Assembly: GCA_964202455.1 (NCBI GenBank) | Contig: CAXNIJ010000003.1 | Span: 43,352-107,351 of the forward strand | Direction of reading: 5' to 3' | Length of the DNA: 64,000 bases | Origin: Candidatus Pacearchaeota archaeon | Lineage (GTDB): Archaea > Nanobdellota > Nanobdellia > Pacearchaeales > GW2011-AR1 | In this document: piece by piece, positions 1 through 9,937 of the stretch | Numbering within the stretch: the first letter of the stretch is position 1 | Layout: each line of letters opens with the position of its first letter | Notes under the pieces: model-generated | Database searches by the model: none | What the model saw: only the letters and a program-made list of their open reading frames with translations | Told to the model about the DNA's origin: nothing | Translations under genes and position numbers: made by a program

Positions 1-1358
1 ATAGTTTCATTCAAAATTCTAATTGTATCTGGATGGATTGGATTAGCTAAGATGGAGCGATTGCCCAGTGCGCGAGCACCCCATTCACTTCTACCACTAA
101 GGCGAGCAACAATTTCACCCTTTGCAAGAAGTCTAGCAATTTCTAGTTCAATATTTTTAACTTTTTTTATTAGATATTTTTCTTTTAGATTATTACGAAC
201 AATAAATTCCTCTAAGTAATTTTCATTATATTCTGGACCAAGATACAAATCTTCAATCGGTTGCGGTTCAAATTGAAGTTTATTCTTAGCAGTTAAAACT
301 TTATAACCATACCAGCAAGAACCAATAGCATTACTTTCATCACCGCAACTAGGCATGACAAAAATATTCTCTATTTCTACTAGTTCAGAGATCTTCTTAT
401 TTGCTTTAACATTCATAAAAACTCCACCACTAAGGGCAACATTTGAAATTTTGGTTTTTTGAATCATTTTCAATACCCATTCACAACACAATTCTTCGGT
501 AATTCTTTGAACTGCAGCTGCCAAAGTATCAAACCTCACGTTTTTCATCTCTTTTGCAAAAAAGTGGTCTGCAAAAGGCATACTAAATTTTGAATGAAAA
601 ACTCCTCTTTCATCTATCCAAAAAAGATTTTTTATTTTAGAATAAATTTCATCAACATTATGTGTTTTAGCATATGGTGCAAGACCCATTACTTTAAACT
701 CATGTTCAAGGGGTTTCATTCCAAGATGTAATGTAGCAAGCCCATAAAAATATCCTAAAGAAGCTGTTTTTGGACTTTGAGAGATAACCTTTAAATTTTT
801 TCCATCAAATACATTAACACTAGCACATAATCCAGATCCCTCTCCATCAAGTGTAAAAACAAGCCAGTTCTTTTTTCTATCGAGATTGCCCAATGGAGCA
901 AACGCATGCATTAAATGATGGTCTGCAACTATTACTTTTTCGTGTGAAATTCTCAAGATTAAAGCCAATTCCCTCTTTAGATTTTCTCTAAATTTTTCTT
1001 TGCCAGATTCAGAAGAAGATTCTTTAAATGAATAATATTGAGAAAAAGCTTTAGGATATTTATAGGCAATTTGAGAAATTATCTTTTTTATTCTAGATTT
1101 TTTAGTATATGCGTTAAAGAAATTTCTACCAAAATGAGGATTATTCGTAATTGGATATTGGTCATCCAAGACTACAAGATCAATATCTTCCATATTAATC
1201 TTTGTTTCTTCAAGTAACCATTTAATTGATTTTAAAGGTACGCCGTGGTGGTTTTTTATTCTAGAGAATCTCTCCTCACTAACGCATTTAATTATTTTTC
1301 CATCTTTCAGTAATCCTGCAGTGGAGTTGTGCCCAATATTTAAACCAAGTATATACAT
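1..1358 (-). CDS. carbamoyltransferase (NodU/CmcH family), C-terminus outside window
   Basis: Own minus-strand translation; the ORF runs off the window edge and is absent from the track. ATG at 1358 gives MYILGLNIGHNSTAGLLKDGKIIKCVSEERFSRIKNHHG. Near 60-140 it reads GEIVARLSGRSEWGARALGNRSILANP. Both are hallmark carbamoyltransferase segments. Confidence 0.8.
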   Translation of the reverse strand, partial: MYILGLNIGHNSTAGLLKDGKIIKCVSEERFSRIKNHHGVPLKSIKWLLEETKINMEDIDLVVLDDQYPITNNPHFGRNFFNAYTKKSRIKKIISQIAYKYPKAFSQYYSFKESSSESGKEKFRENLKRELALILRISHEKVIVADHHLMHAFAPLGNLDRKKNWLVFTLDGEGSGLCASVNVFDGKNLKVISQSPKTASLGYFYGLATLHLGMKPLEHEFKVMGLAPYAKTHNVDEIYSKIKNLFWIDERGVFHSKFSMPFADHFFAKEMKNVRFDTLAAAVQRITEELCCEWVLKMIQKTKISNVALSGGVFMNVKANKKISELVEIENIFVMPSCGDESNAIGSCWYGYKVLTAKNKLQFEPQPIEDLYLGPEYNENYLEEFIVRNNLKEKYLIKKVKNIELEIARLLAKGEIVARLSGRSEWGARALGNRSILANPIHPDTIRILNET

Positions 1359-1392
1359 GAAAAAATCACCTTCTCATGCCTTATAAGTATTA

Positions 1393-2370
1393 TTATACTA
1401 TATTTTGAGGAAATTCTCTAACTAGTCCTTTCTTTATTTTATTCCTTTCAATCAAACAATATTTTAAAGAAATCAAGAAATATTTTAATTTAAGATAGTC
1501 TTCTTTTCTTCTTGTTATCAACATTTTCAATCCTCTCAAAATAGCTATTCCAAGCAAAGACCATTCAAATATAAATTTCTGTTTTAGTCCAACCATATTT
1601 TTATATTGAAAATAAAAATGATCTACTTGGTTAATATAGCTCATTTTAGCAGTAGGTGCTCTTTCTACATTAGAAACTCTATGTATTAATTTAGCATAAG
1701 GAGTTATAAATACTGACTGAGGGTATTTCTTAAAAATACGATAACTAAAATCGATATCTTCTGCAACAGTATATCCTAAAAGATTTTCATCAAATTGCTG
1801 TTCCTTAAAGATTTCTCTCTTGTAAACCATATTAACTCCAGGAATCCAGTGAGAATTTATTACTTTAGTCAAAGTAGATGGATAAGTGTTTCCATATGCA
1901 GAAATCATTCTTGCACGATCTTTTTCTCCAAAACTAATGAAAAAAAGTCTTCTTAAAAAAACTTCAATAAATGGCATTTTTCTAAGCTCTGGAGAAGGCA
2001 CATATCCAGCCACAGCTTTAGCACCAGAGTAATTATTGAATATTTTAAGTATTTCCTCAAAATAATTTTTATCAAGAGTAACATCGTCATCTATAAAGCA
2101 AACAAGTCTAGTTTTATTTGAAAGTTTATTAACGCCTAAATTACGTGCAATAGTTATAGATGGAACAGAGGAATAAATATATTCAATATTAGAAATACTT
2201 TTTGCATATTTACTCACTATTTTTCTAGACTCATTATTTTTGCTTTGATCAATTATTATAACTTGGCAGATTTTTTTAGAAAATAATGTTAAATTTTTTA
2301 GAGTTTCATCTAAATCTTTCGACCTATTATATGTCGGTATGATTACTGAAATATCTTTTAAAGAGTACAT
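1393..2370 (-). CDS. glycosyltransferase family 2
   Basis: 325-aa ORF. N-terminal ISVIIPTYNRSKDL and later FIDDDV (DxD) are GT-A/GT2 signatures. Confidence 0.75.
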   Translation of the reverse strand: MYSLKDISVIIPTYNRSKDLDETLKNLTLFSKKICQVIIIDQSKNNESRKIVSKYAKSISNIEYIYSSVPSITIARNLGVNKLSNKTRLVCFIDDDVTLDKNYFEEILKIFNNYSGAKAVAGYVPSPELRKMPFIEVFLRRLFFISFGEKDRARMISAYGNTYPSTLTKVINSHWIPGVNMVYKREIFKEQQFDENLLGYTVAEDIDFSYRIFKKYPQSVFITPYAKLIHRVSNVERAPTAKMSYINQVDHFYFQYKNMVGLKQKFIFEWSLLGIAILRGLKMLITRRKEDYLKLKYFLISLKYCLIERNKIKKGLVREFPQNIV

Positions 2371-2371
2371 C

Positions 2372-3181
2372 CTATACAGTCTGTCTTTTCATTAAAAAAC
2401 CTTTCCAAAAACCATATACATAAAAAACATGACTAAAAGGAATTGTTAGAAGGAACACTGGATAAAGCGATAGCTCTTTCTTAAATGGATAAGATAACGC
2501 AAACATAATGATGCCTAGGACTGGAATCGCTTTTATTAGACCGATATACCAATGCGGCATCTCTTTCCCATATATGCGTACAAGAGCACCATATCCATTT
2601 GCATATTGATAATCCTTTCTTAATCGCTTTACAAATGCTGTAGGGTGAAGATGAAATATTTTGGCATCAGGATAGGCAATTTTTCCAAGTCTCTTAAATT
2701 TAACATAAGTATCAAAATCTTCTCCTGCAGTTCTAAATGTTTTTTCATCAAAAAAGCCTATTTTTTCCATCACGCTTTTTCTATATGCTCCACCTTTTCC
2801 ATCTAGAAGAGAAGTAATGATTCCTTTTTCTTTAAGCATAAGTGCTTTAGCAAAAACGCCCATGGGCTCCCAGAGTTCATCTGGAAGTTGGACTTTTGAT
2901 ACGGCGGCGATAACTTTCTCATCTTTAAAAGGTTCAGTGAGATTTGAAAGCCAATCATTTGTTGCAGGCATACAATCTTGAGGCAACATAATAACTATCG
3001 AGTGTTTAGCTTTTATAATTCCCACATTCATTTGTTGTGAAAATCCGCCACCATTATCAATTTGTAGAACTTCAACTTTTCCATTATATTTCTGATTTTT
3101 AATTGATTTAAGAACTTTCTTCAAAATCTCTTTATCAGGTTTAAATAGTGGAAGAACAATAGATACATTAAGAGCTTTCAT
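2372..3181 (-). CDS. glycosyltransferase family 2-like with C-terminal membrane segments
   Basis: 269-aa ORF. It has VSIVLPLFKPDKEILKKVLKSIKNQKY, a GEDFD motif and a hydrophobic C-terminus. It abuts the preceding GT2 (1-nt gap). Confidence 0.65.
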   Translation of the reverse strand: MKALNVSIVLPLFKPDKEILKKVLKSIKNQKYNGKVEVLQIDNGGGFSQQMNVGIIKAKHSIVIMLPQDCMPATNDWLSNLTEPFKDEKVIAAVSKVQLPDELWEPMGVFAKALMLKEKGIITSLLDGKGGAYRKSVMEKIGFFDEKTFRTAGEDFDTYVKFKRLGKIAYPDAKIFHLHPTAFVKRLRKDYQYANGYGALVRIYGKEMPHWYIGLIKAIPVLGIIMFALSYPFKKELSLYPVFLLTIPFSHVFYVYGFWKGFLMKRQTV

Positions 3182-3311
3182 GTTTTAATCTGTTAAATAC
3201 AATTTAAATATCTTCTGAATAAAGATTATTTTCAGATCAATATAATGCCTAGAAAAGAACTCACTAGTCCCGAATCATTATCTTTATAAAGTTTACAAAA
3301 GCCACTATTTT

Positions 3312-5177
3312 ATGGAAGAACGAGGGCAACATATAAAGAAGATTCTTGTGACTGGCGGAGCAGGATTCATAGGGAGTAACTTTCTTCATTTAATGGTTAA
3401 TAAATATCCTCAATATAAATTTATTAACGTTGACGCATTAACTTATTCAGGAAATCTAAACAACGTACGAGATGTAGATGGGAGAGAAAATTACAAGTTT
3501 ATTCATGGCAAAATAGAAGATCGCGAACTTATGGAGAGACTCATTGATGAATATACTATCGTTGTTAATTTTGCAGCAGAATCGCATGTTGACAGGTCTA
3601 TTAGCGCAGGAGATCGTTTTCTTAAGAGCAATACAGAGGGAACATTCATCTTACTTGAAGCTGCACGAAAAAAGAAAGCACTTCTTTTTCTACAGATTTC
3701 AACTGATGAAGTATATGGTTCTCTTACTACTGACCAACCTTCTTCTAAAGAAAAGGATCCATTTATGCCTTCCTCCCCTTATAGTGCCTCCAAAGCAGCT
3801 GCAGAGATGTTTTGCTTTAGCAATATAAAAACTCATAAACAACCCATTATCATTACTCGCTCTTCAAATAACTTCGGTCCACGCCAATTTCCCGAAAAAG
3901 TTATCCCGCTATTTATTACGCATCTCTTACAGGGTAAAAAAGTACCAGTTTATGGTACTGGAAAGAATATTCGCGATTGGATTCATGTGCAGGATAACTG
4001 CGAAGCGATAGACTTTATAGTCCATAATGGAAAGACAGGAGAGGTGTATAATATTGGTGGAAGTAATGAAGTAAGTAACATCCAGTTAACGAAGACTATT
4101 CTACAAAGTGTAGGCCTTGGAGAAGAAATGATGGAATTTGTTGCCGATCGTCCAGGGCACGATTTGCGTTATTCTTTAGATAGCAGTAAACTAAAAACCT
4201 TAGGGTGGCAACCTCGATTTAACTTCGAAGAGGCGCTGATCCAAACTGTTGATTGGTATCGAATGAATCCACAGTGGTGGATGCCTCTAAAGAAAAAGAT
4301 GAAAGGAATTATTCTGGCAGGAGGAGCGGGATCACGCCTGTATCCATTATCTTTAGTAATGAGTAAGCAACTCCAATCAATTTATGATAAGCCCATGATT
4401 TACTATCCCCTCACAACACTCATTGAGATGGGTATTAGCGATATTTGTATTATCTCTACACCTAAAGACATTTCTAAATTCAAAGATCTTCTTGGAGATG
4501 GAAAGAGATTTGGCCTTAATCTTATATATCAAGAGCAAGCTCGACCAGAAGGCATCGCACAGGCATTTATTATTGCAGAGGAATTTATTGGAAAAGATAA
4601 TGTGGTGCTCATTTTAGGAGATAATGTCTTCTACGGCTCAGATACATTTGCAAAAGCAGCAGCGGAATTTAAGGAAGGAGCATTGATTTTCGGATATCAA
4701 GTAAAGGATCCTCAACGTTTCGGAGTTGTAGAGTTTGATTCATTAGGCAATCCTATTTCACTAGTTGAAAAACCTAAAGAACCCAAGAGTAATTATGCTA
4801 TACCTGGAATCTATATCTACGATAGTGGCATTATTGAAGTTGCAAAGAACCTTGAGCCTTCTCCAAGAGGAGAACTTGAGATTACGGATGTTAATAAACG
4901 ATATCTCCAAAAAAATAATCTTAAAGTCTCTAAACTCGACCGTGGAATTGCCTGGCTTGATGTGGGAACAAGCAGTAGTATTCAAGAGGCCTCCATTTTT
5001 ATTGAGAAAATCGAAAGTCGTCAAGGCATAAAGGTGGGGTGTCCAGAAGAAGCAGCACTCAGAAAGGAATTCATCACTTCAAGAGAACTCGAAGAAACTA
5101 TTCAAAAAACTCCAGATTGCGAGTATAAAAACTATCTTATAAGTATTGCAAAAGAAAAGAGAGATAAGTTAAATTAA
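3312..5177 (+). CDS. rfbB-rfbA: fused dTDP-glucose 4,6-dehydratase (RmlB) / glucose-1-phosphate thymidylyltransferase (RmlA)
   Basis: 621-aa single frame. The N-half has VTGGAGFIGSNF and YSASKAAAE (YxxxK). The C-half starts MKGIILAGGAGSRLYPLS...DKPMIYYPL. The halves are joined by NPQWWMPLKKK with no stop. Confidence 0.85.
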   Translation: MEERGQHIKKILVTGGAGFIGSNFLHLMVNKYPQYKFINVDALTYSGNLNNVRDVDGRENYKFIHGKIEDRELMERLIDEYTIVVNFAAESHVDRSISAGDRFLKSNTEGTFILLEAARKKKALLFLQISTDEVYGSLTTDQPSSKEKDPFMPSSPYSASKAAAEMFCFSNIKTHKQPIIITRSSNNFGPRQFPEKVIPLFITHLLQGKKVPVYGTGKNIRDWIHVQDNCEAIDFIVHNGKTGEVYNIGGSNEVSNIQLTKTILQSVGLGEEMMEFVADRPGHDLRYSLDSSKLKTLGWQPRFNFEEALIQTVDWYRMNPQWWMPLKKKMKGIILAGGAGSRLYPLSLVMSKQLQSIYDKPMIYYPLTTLIEMGISDICIISTPKDISKFKDLLGDGKRFGLNLIYQEQARPEGIAQAFIIAEEFIGKDNVVLILGDNVFYGSDTFAKAAAEFKEGALIFGYQVKDPQRFGVVEFDSLGNPISLVEKPKEPKSNYAIPGIYIYDSGIIEVAKNLEPSPRGELEITDVNKRYLQKNNLKVSKLDRGIAWLDVGTSSSIQEASIFIEKIESRQGIKVGCPEEAALRKEFITSRELEETIQKTPDCEYKNYLISIAKEKRDKLN

Positions 5178-6146
5178 AGTTGTATAAAAATCTCTAGTCT
5201 TTCTTAATTTAGAAATTGTCTCTTTGATTATCTCATCAATATTTCCTTGAGGTTTAAATCCCAAAGATTTAAGTTTATTCGAATTAATTGTATAAACTTG
5301 TCTATTTATTTTCTGTTCAGGAAGAACGGTATAGGCAAATTCTTCATTTAACTCGTTCTTTATTTTAGATAATATTTCATTAAGAGTAGCATTAAAAGAA
5401 GTAATGTTAAATTCTTGTCCACTCATTTTATTTGCATTCTCAATTGAAAATATAATCGCCCGAGCGTTATCTTTTATATCGATATAGGTCTTATCATGAT
5501 CCAAAGCACTCTCAAAAAGTGTAAAAGGCACTTTGAAAACAGAACGTAAACACATTATATTGAATATATTCTCATACTTAAAATGAATATTATATCCTAC
5601 TAAAGTTGCAGGTCTTAAAACAATAACTTTAAAGTTTTCATCATTAAGGTTCAAAACAGTTTCTTCTCCAAGAAACTTTGACTTCATATAAGCAGAAACG
5701 GGATTTTTAGCAGCATCTTCTTTCAAGTCTTCTCCAGGTTCATATATTCCAACAGTAGATTGATGGATAAATATTTTTACACCAGCATCCTTTGAAAGCC
5801 TTGCAATATTTGCCGATGCAACATAATTAGTAGAAGTACATTCTTCATCTTTCCCAACTTTGTTCTTTGCAAAGTCAGTCACTTTAGCAGCCAGGTGGAT
5901 AACAACTTCAGGTTTATATTCATTAAGAACTTTTTCAACATGAACTACATCTCGAATATCTGATTTTTCAGGTAGAACAAAATCAATATTGGCCAATTTA
6001 TTTTTTAGAATTGAAAGTAATTCGGCACATCCTCTTTGATTTCGATCATAAACTATAATTTTTGCTTGAGGATACATTTTTGCAATCATTTCAGTTATTG
6101 TTAGACCAGCATATCCCGCGCCACCCGTAATCATTATTGATTTCAT
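5169..6146 (-). CDS. NAD-dependent epimerase/dehydratase (extended SDR), possible 4-ketoreductase of the deoxyhexose pathway
   Basis: It has the ITGGAGYAG Rossmann motif and a YMKSK (YxxxK) pair. It overlaps the rfbC stop by 4 nt (operon). Confidence 0.6.
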   Translation of the reverse strand: MKSIMITGGAGYAGLTITEMIAKMYPQAKIIVYDRNQRGCAELLSILKNKLANIDFVLPEKSDIRDVVHVEKVLNEYKPEVVIHLAAKVTDFAKNKVGKDEECTSTNYVASANIARLSKDAGVKIFIHQSTVGIYEPGEDLKEDAAKNPVSAYMKSKFLGEETVLNLNDENFKVIVLRPATLVGYNIHFKYENIFNIMCLRSVFKVPFTLFESALDHDKTYIDIKDNARAIIFSIENANKMSGQEFNITSFNATLNEILSKIKNELNEEFAYTVLPEQKINRQVYTINSNKLKSLGFKPQGNIDEIIKETISKLRKTRDFYTTLI

Positions 6147-6703
6147 GAAAATAAATCTCCTATTTTTTTGAAAGAATCATATTTTTTATCTTTTTCGGAT
6201 AAGGTGACTTCTTTTATTCCTAATGCTTCAAGTTGCCAATAAATTTTCAGATCTGGATCATTCCACATTAGTCCACTTTCAGATTCATTATTATAAGTAT
6301 TAGTTAGTTTGTAAATCATTATCGTGTCATCCTCTAAAGAAAGAAATCCATGGGCGAACCCCACAGGAATCCAAAGCATTTTTTTATTTTCAGCACTTAA
6401 TGTAAAAGAAGCCCATTTTCCATATGTTTGAGAATTTTTTCTAATATCTACAACTACATCTAAAACTTTACCACAAACAACTCTAACTAGTTTTCCTTGT
6501 GCAAAAGGGTTTTTTTGAAAATGCATTCCTCGTAAGACTCCTTTCTTAGAAGTAGACTGAAATTCTAGGGGGAAAATTCTAGGGATTCCAGCAGATTCTA
6601 ATTTTTTTTCATTATAATTTTCAAAGAAATCTCCACGTTCATCTTCAAAAACTTGTGGTCTAATCTCAAGAACTCCAGCAAGAGGTGTCTTCACTATATT
6701 CAT
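6143..6703 (-). CDS. rfbC: dTDP-4-dehydrorhamnose 3,5-epimerase
   Basis: 186 aa. Motifs: FEDERGDFFE, LRGMHFQ, QGKLVRVVCGKVLDVVVDIRKNS, WIPVGFAHGF. Confidence 0.9.
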   Translation of the reverse strand: MNIVKTPLAGVLEIRPQVFEDERGDFFENYNEKKLESAGIPRIFPLEFQSTSKKGVLRGMHFQKNPFAQGKLVRVVCGKVLDVVVDIRKNSQTYGKWASFTLSAENKKMLWIPVGFAHGFLSLEDDTIMIYKLTNTYNNESESGLMWNDPDLKIYWQLEALGIKEVTLSEKDKKYDSFKKIGDLFS

Positions 6704-6791
6704 AAAAAAACAAGCTACCTCCAGCTTTTAAAGATTTAGATATCAAAGAACAATGCCTAATTTAGATTGCACATATCTTTAAAAACGGTTA

Positions 6792-7874
6792 TTGGATGAA
6801 AAATTAATGCGTTCAACATCAGATAGTTCACTTGAATTAAGTAGTCTAAGAGAATTTGCTGGAAAAGTTGCGATTGCTTCCACTCTTCATGAACCAATGC
6901 AATCATTGTTACCTGCAATTTCAAGAATAGCTTCTCCACTCAAAGATCTAGGTCTAGAGTGGCATTTCGCCATGACAGATGCAACTAGGAAAAATGGCCC
7001 AAATCCACAAGGTTTCTATAATATTCTATCGGATCATTTTAAAGTCTGTGTTGATAAAGAAGTATTTCCCTATTTTCCCAGAGAAGATATGATAGAAGCA
7101 AATCATATCGGAGCACTACGTCTCGCTCTAGAAAGCGATAAACCTTATGTTTTTTATGGAGATATGGACAGACTTTGTCTAGGGTTCAATTATTATCCTG
7201 ATGAAACACAAGCAAATCTCAATACTGCTTTAAACGCGGTAGATGGTAAGAATAACATTGCTGTTCTTGGAAGATCTCCACATGCCATTAATACACATCT
7301 TAGTTCTTTAGTACTTACAGAGCAAGTATTTCATCACTTTTATAATGCTCATGTAAAAACTAAAGGATTTTTCGATGTAGCCTCTGCCGCATATATAGTA
7401 AGTTCCGATAAACTTAGAAGAGCAATAGAAACATATAATGGGGGTGAATTTTTAGGAGTACGATGTAATTTTCCAGAACCTAAGATTCTTTTTAAGATGG
7501 TAAAAGATTCTGGATCGGAAATTGTCCCAATTAAGACCCATCAAATGCTCCGATACGAAGCTCCGGAGAAGATGAGAAACGATGGCCGATTAAAAATAGC
7601 AAATCATGTGTGGACTCCAGAAGGTTATGACCAAGTAACTCTAGCTTCAAGATCCGTACAGCGAGCACTTACTCAAAATCCTGCCGAGTGGAACTTAAGA
7701 TTCACAACCCTCCATCAATATTTGGGTGTTCTTAATCAGTTATGGATTCAACCGCGAGGTCTTAAGGATGCAGAGATTGAGTCAACGATGGGCGAGATTG
7801 CAGAATTCAATGGTAAAGTAAGTGTTGATGAATATTGTAAAAGAGCATGCGAACTCTTTAACAGATACCCATAA
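6792..7874 (+). CDS. hypothetical protein (no motif recognised)
   Basis: 360-aa ORF. The track start is TTG; the first ATG is at 6807. It is followed by a CCACAT/ATGTGG hairpin (7876-7895) and a T-run. Confidence 0.5.
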   Translation: MDEKLMRSTSDSSLELSSLREFAGKVAIASTLHEPMQSLLPAISRIASPLKDLGLEWHFAMTDATRKNGPNPQGFYNILSDHFKVCVDKEVFPYFPREDMIEANHIGALRLALESDKPYVFYGDMDRLCLGFNYYPDETQANLNTALNAVDGKNNIAVLGRSPHAINTHLSSLVLTEQVFHHFYNAHVKTKGFFDVASAAYIVSSDKLRRAIETYNGGEFLGVRCNFPEPKILFKMVKDSGSEIVPIKTHQMLRYEAPEKMRNDGRLKIANHVWTPEGYDQVTLASRSVQRALTQNPAEWNLRFTTLHQYLGVLNQLWIQPRGLKDAEIESTMGEIAEFNGKVSVDEYCKRACELFNRYP

Positions 7875-7912
7875 TCCACATATTAGATAATGTGGCCTAT
7901 TTTTTATAAGAA

Positions 7913-9133
7913 TTAGAAAGCAATCTTATTATTCATATTTCTTCCGTTCTGATATCTATCCAAAAATTCTTTTAGTATCTTATAATAATTTTTCTTCTGA
8001 TCTTCAGGCATTCCCCAGCAAGGAATAAACATTCCAGCTCTTTCAATCTCATCAGCAATAGGATATGATTCTTGTAGCTTGATATGCTTAGCATTTCTAA
8101 ATGGTGGCTGAACAAGAATATTTCCACACATAACTGGTCGAATCTCAACCGCACTATCCGTTAAATATTTCACGAATTCTTCTCTAGTAAATGGGGCATT
8201 CGGTTTGATAATTAAAGGATATCCAAACCAACTGGGCTGAGCTTTCTCATGCGTGATAGGAAGATGGAAAAAATCGTAATTCTTGAAGAATGTATCCATT
8301 TCTTTAAATTGCTGTTCGCGAGCCTTAAGATACGAGGGCAGTCTATTCATTTGAGCAAGACCGAAAGCTGCCTGAATAGCAGGCATCTGGCTGTTCGTTC
8401 CCAAAGTCTTATACTTATATCTATTGAGGAACGCACCCCCCATTGAGAAATCTCTACCCCAAAATGTAATACTATGAGCAGTTTCAGCATATTTAGGATT
8501 ATTTGTAACTACTGCTCCGCCTCCGCCTCCGGCAGAAATATGGTGCGAACCGTAAAAACTAAAGACTGCAATATCTGCTAGAGATCCAGTATGTTTTCCA
8601 TTAAAATATCCTCCAAGAGAATCACAGGAATCTTCAATTAGTGCTCTCCCATTTAATGCTTTAACTATTCTTTCTATATCGGCAATGTTTCCAAGAATAT
8701 GTGGAAGCATCATTGCTTTAATTTCTGGATATTTCGCAATTGCCTTTTCAACTTGTTCAGGATCTGCAACATAAGTGTATGGCTTAGTCTCAATAAAAAC
8801 TGGAACTAAACCTAAGTCTATACTAGACGATACACTAGTTGCAAATGTGCTAATTGGGTGAAGGATTAAATCTCCAGGTTTCAAAACTCCTTCATGCATA
8901 AGTGTCTTTAAGGCAACAAGGACTGCGGAAGATCCACTATTAGTCAATATAGAATGTTTTATTCCAGTAAAGTCACAAATTTTTTTCTCAAAATTTTTAT
9001 TATATTCCCCTGCTCCAAACCAGTCAGATGTGAATACTTCTTTAACAGCATTAAATTCATTCTCATCCCATTGAATTCTATTCATTAAATGGGAATCAAG
9101 TTTCCATTTTTTCCATCCTAAATTTTCAGACAT
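7913..9133 (-). CDS. DegT/RfbH/ColD-type PLP/PMP-dependent sugar 3-dehydratase
   Basis: 406 aa. Motifs: LTNSGSSAVLVAL, IEDSCDSLGG, FWGRDFS. The active-site block FSFYGSHHISAGGGGG has His where aminotransferases carry the Schiff-base Lys. Confidence 0.75.
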   Translation of the reverse strand: MSENLGWKKWKLDSHLMNRIQWDENEFNAVKEVFTSDWFGAGEYNKNFEKKICDFTGIKHSILTNSGSSAVLVALKTLMHEGVLKPGDLILHPISTFATSVSSSIDLGLVPVFIETKPYTYVADPEQVEKAIAKYPEIKAMMLPHILGNIADIERIVKALNGRALIEDSCDSLGGYFNGKHTGSLADIAVFSFYGSHHISAGGGGGAVVTNNPKYAETAHSITFWGRDFSMGGAFLNRYKYKTLGTNSQMPAIQAAFGLAQMNRLPSYLKAREQQFKEMDTFFKNYDFFHLPITHEKAQPSWFGYPLIIKPNAPFTREEFVKYLTDSAVEIRPVMCGNILVQPPFRNAKHIKLQESYPIADEIERAGMFIPCWGMPEDQKKNYYKILKEFLDRYQNGRNMNNKIAF

Positions 9134-9188
9134 ACTTTCTTCATTTCAAATCGTTTTAAATAGTTTCTGATACTATAATATCTACTAC

Positions 9189-9887
9189 TCATCTAAGGTA
9201 CTTAGTAGGATCTTTAAAATTAGCCCAGTAGAATCCTGCCTTACGAAGTCGACATGCAAGACATGTTCCACACTGTTTCTTTCTTCCCACATAACAACTC
9301 CAAGTCTTTCCAAAATCTGCCCCCAACTTATTCCCAAGAATCACAATATCTTCCTTATCCTTCCGAATAAGAGGTGCAACAATTCGAATATCCAGAGTCG
9401 GAGCAGCAACTCTAGCAAGAACATTCATTTCTCGCACATACTTCACAGTCGTATCAGGATATGGTTCTTTCCCCTCGCATTTAAATCCAGTAATAATTTC
9501 AAAAGATTTTATTTTTCGTTTTATTGCAAGAGATTCCACATACGCAAAGGCATACGAAAGAAAAATTGTATTGCGAAATGGAACATACCACTTCTTACTT
9601 TCACCAGAAGTATTTTTAAGATCTTCTCCAGATTTGACAGACTCATTTTTATTTATAAAAGAAGGAGAAAGCTTTCCCAATTCTTGAAGATTCATTTCAG
9701 TAAAACCTGTTTTCAGCTTCTCAGCACAAGCTTTTGCGCAGCATCTTTCCTGCACAAGAGATCTTTGCCCATAGTTGAAAAAAAGTAAAGTTATGCTCGA
9801 AGAAAAATATTTTTTCCTCATTAGATGTGCAGCAGTCACACTGTCTAATCCTCCTGAGCACAGCACAATAAATTCTTTCTCAACCAT
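9189..9887 (-). CDS. queC: 7-cyano-7-deazaguanine synthase-like PP-loop ATPase (QueC family)
   Basis: It has the LCSGGLDS PP-loop and the C-terminal CGTCLACRLR zinc motif. I chose the start at internal ATG 9887 (MVEKEF) to avoid a 22-aa non-homologous extension that overlaps the divergent gene. Confidence 0.7.
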   Translation of the reverse strand: MVEKEFIVLCSGGLDSVTAAHLMRKKYFSSSITLLFFNYGQRSLVQERCCAKACAEKLKTGFTEMNLQELGKLSPSFINKNESVKSGEDLKNTSGESKKWYVPFRNTIFLSYAFAYVESLAIKRKIKSFEIITGFKCEGKEPYPDTTVKYVREMNVLARVAAPTLDIRIVAPLIRKDKEDIVILGNKLGADFGKTWSCYVGRKKQCGTCLACRLRKAGFYWANFKDPTKYLR

Positions 9888-9937
9888 AGAGAAGAAGAGT
9901 GCATAAAGTTTATAAGTTTGCCTGCTCGATGATTGAT

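Noticed and set aside
3544-5031. Short internal and antisense ORFs within rfbB-rfbA (94, 64, 87, 88 aa)
   Set aside because: They are nested in a gene with strong motif support in another frame, and their translations are low-complexity.
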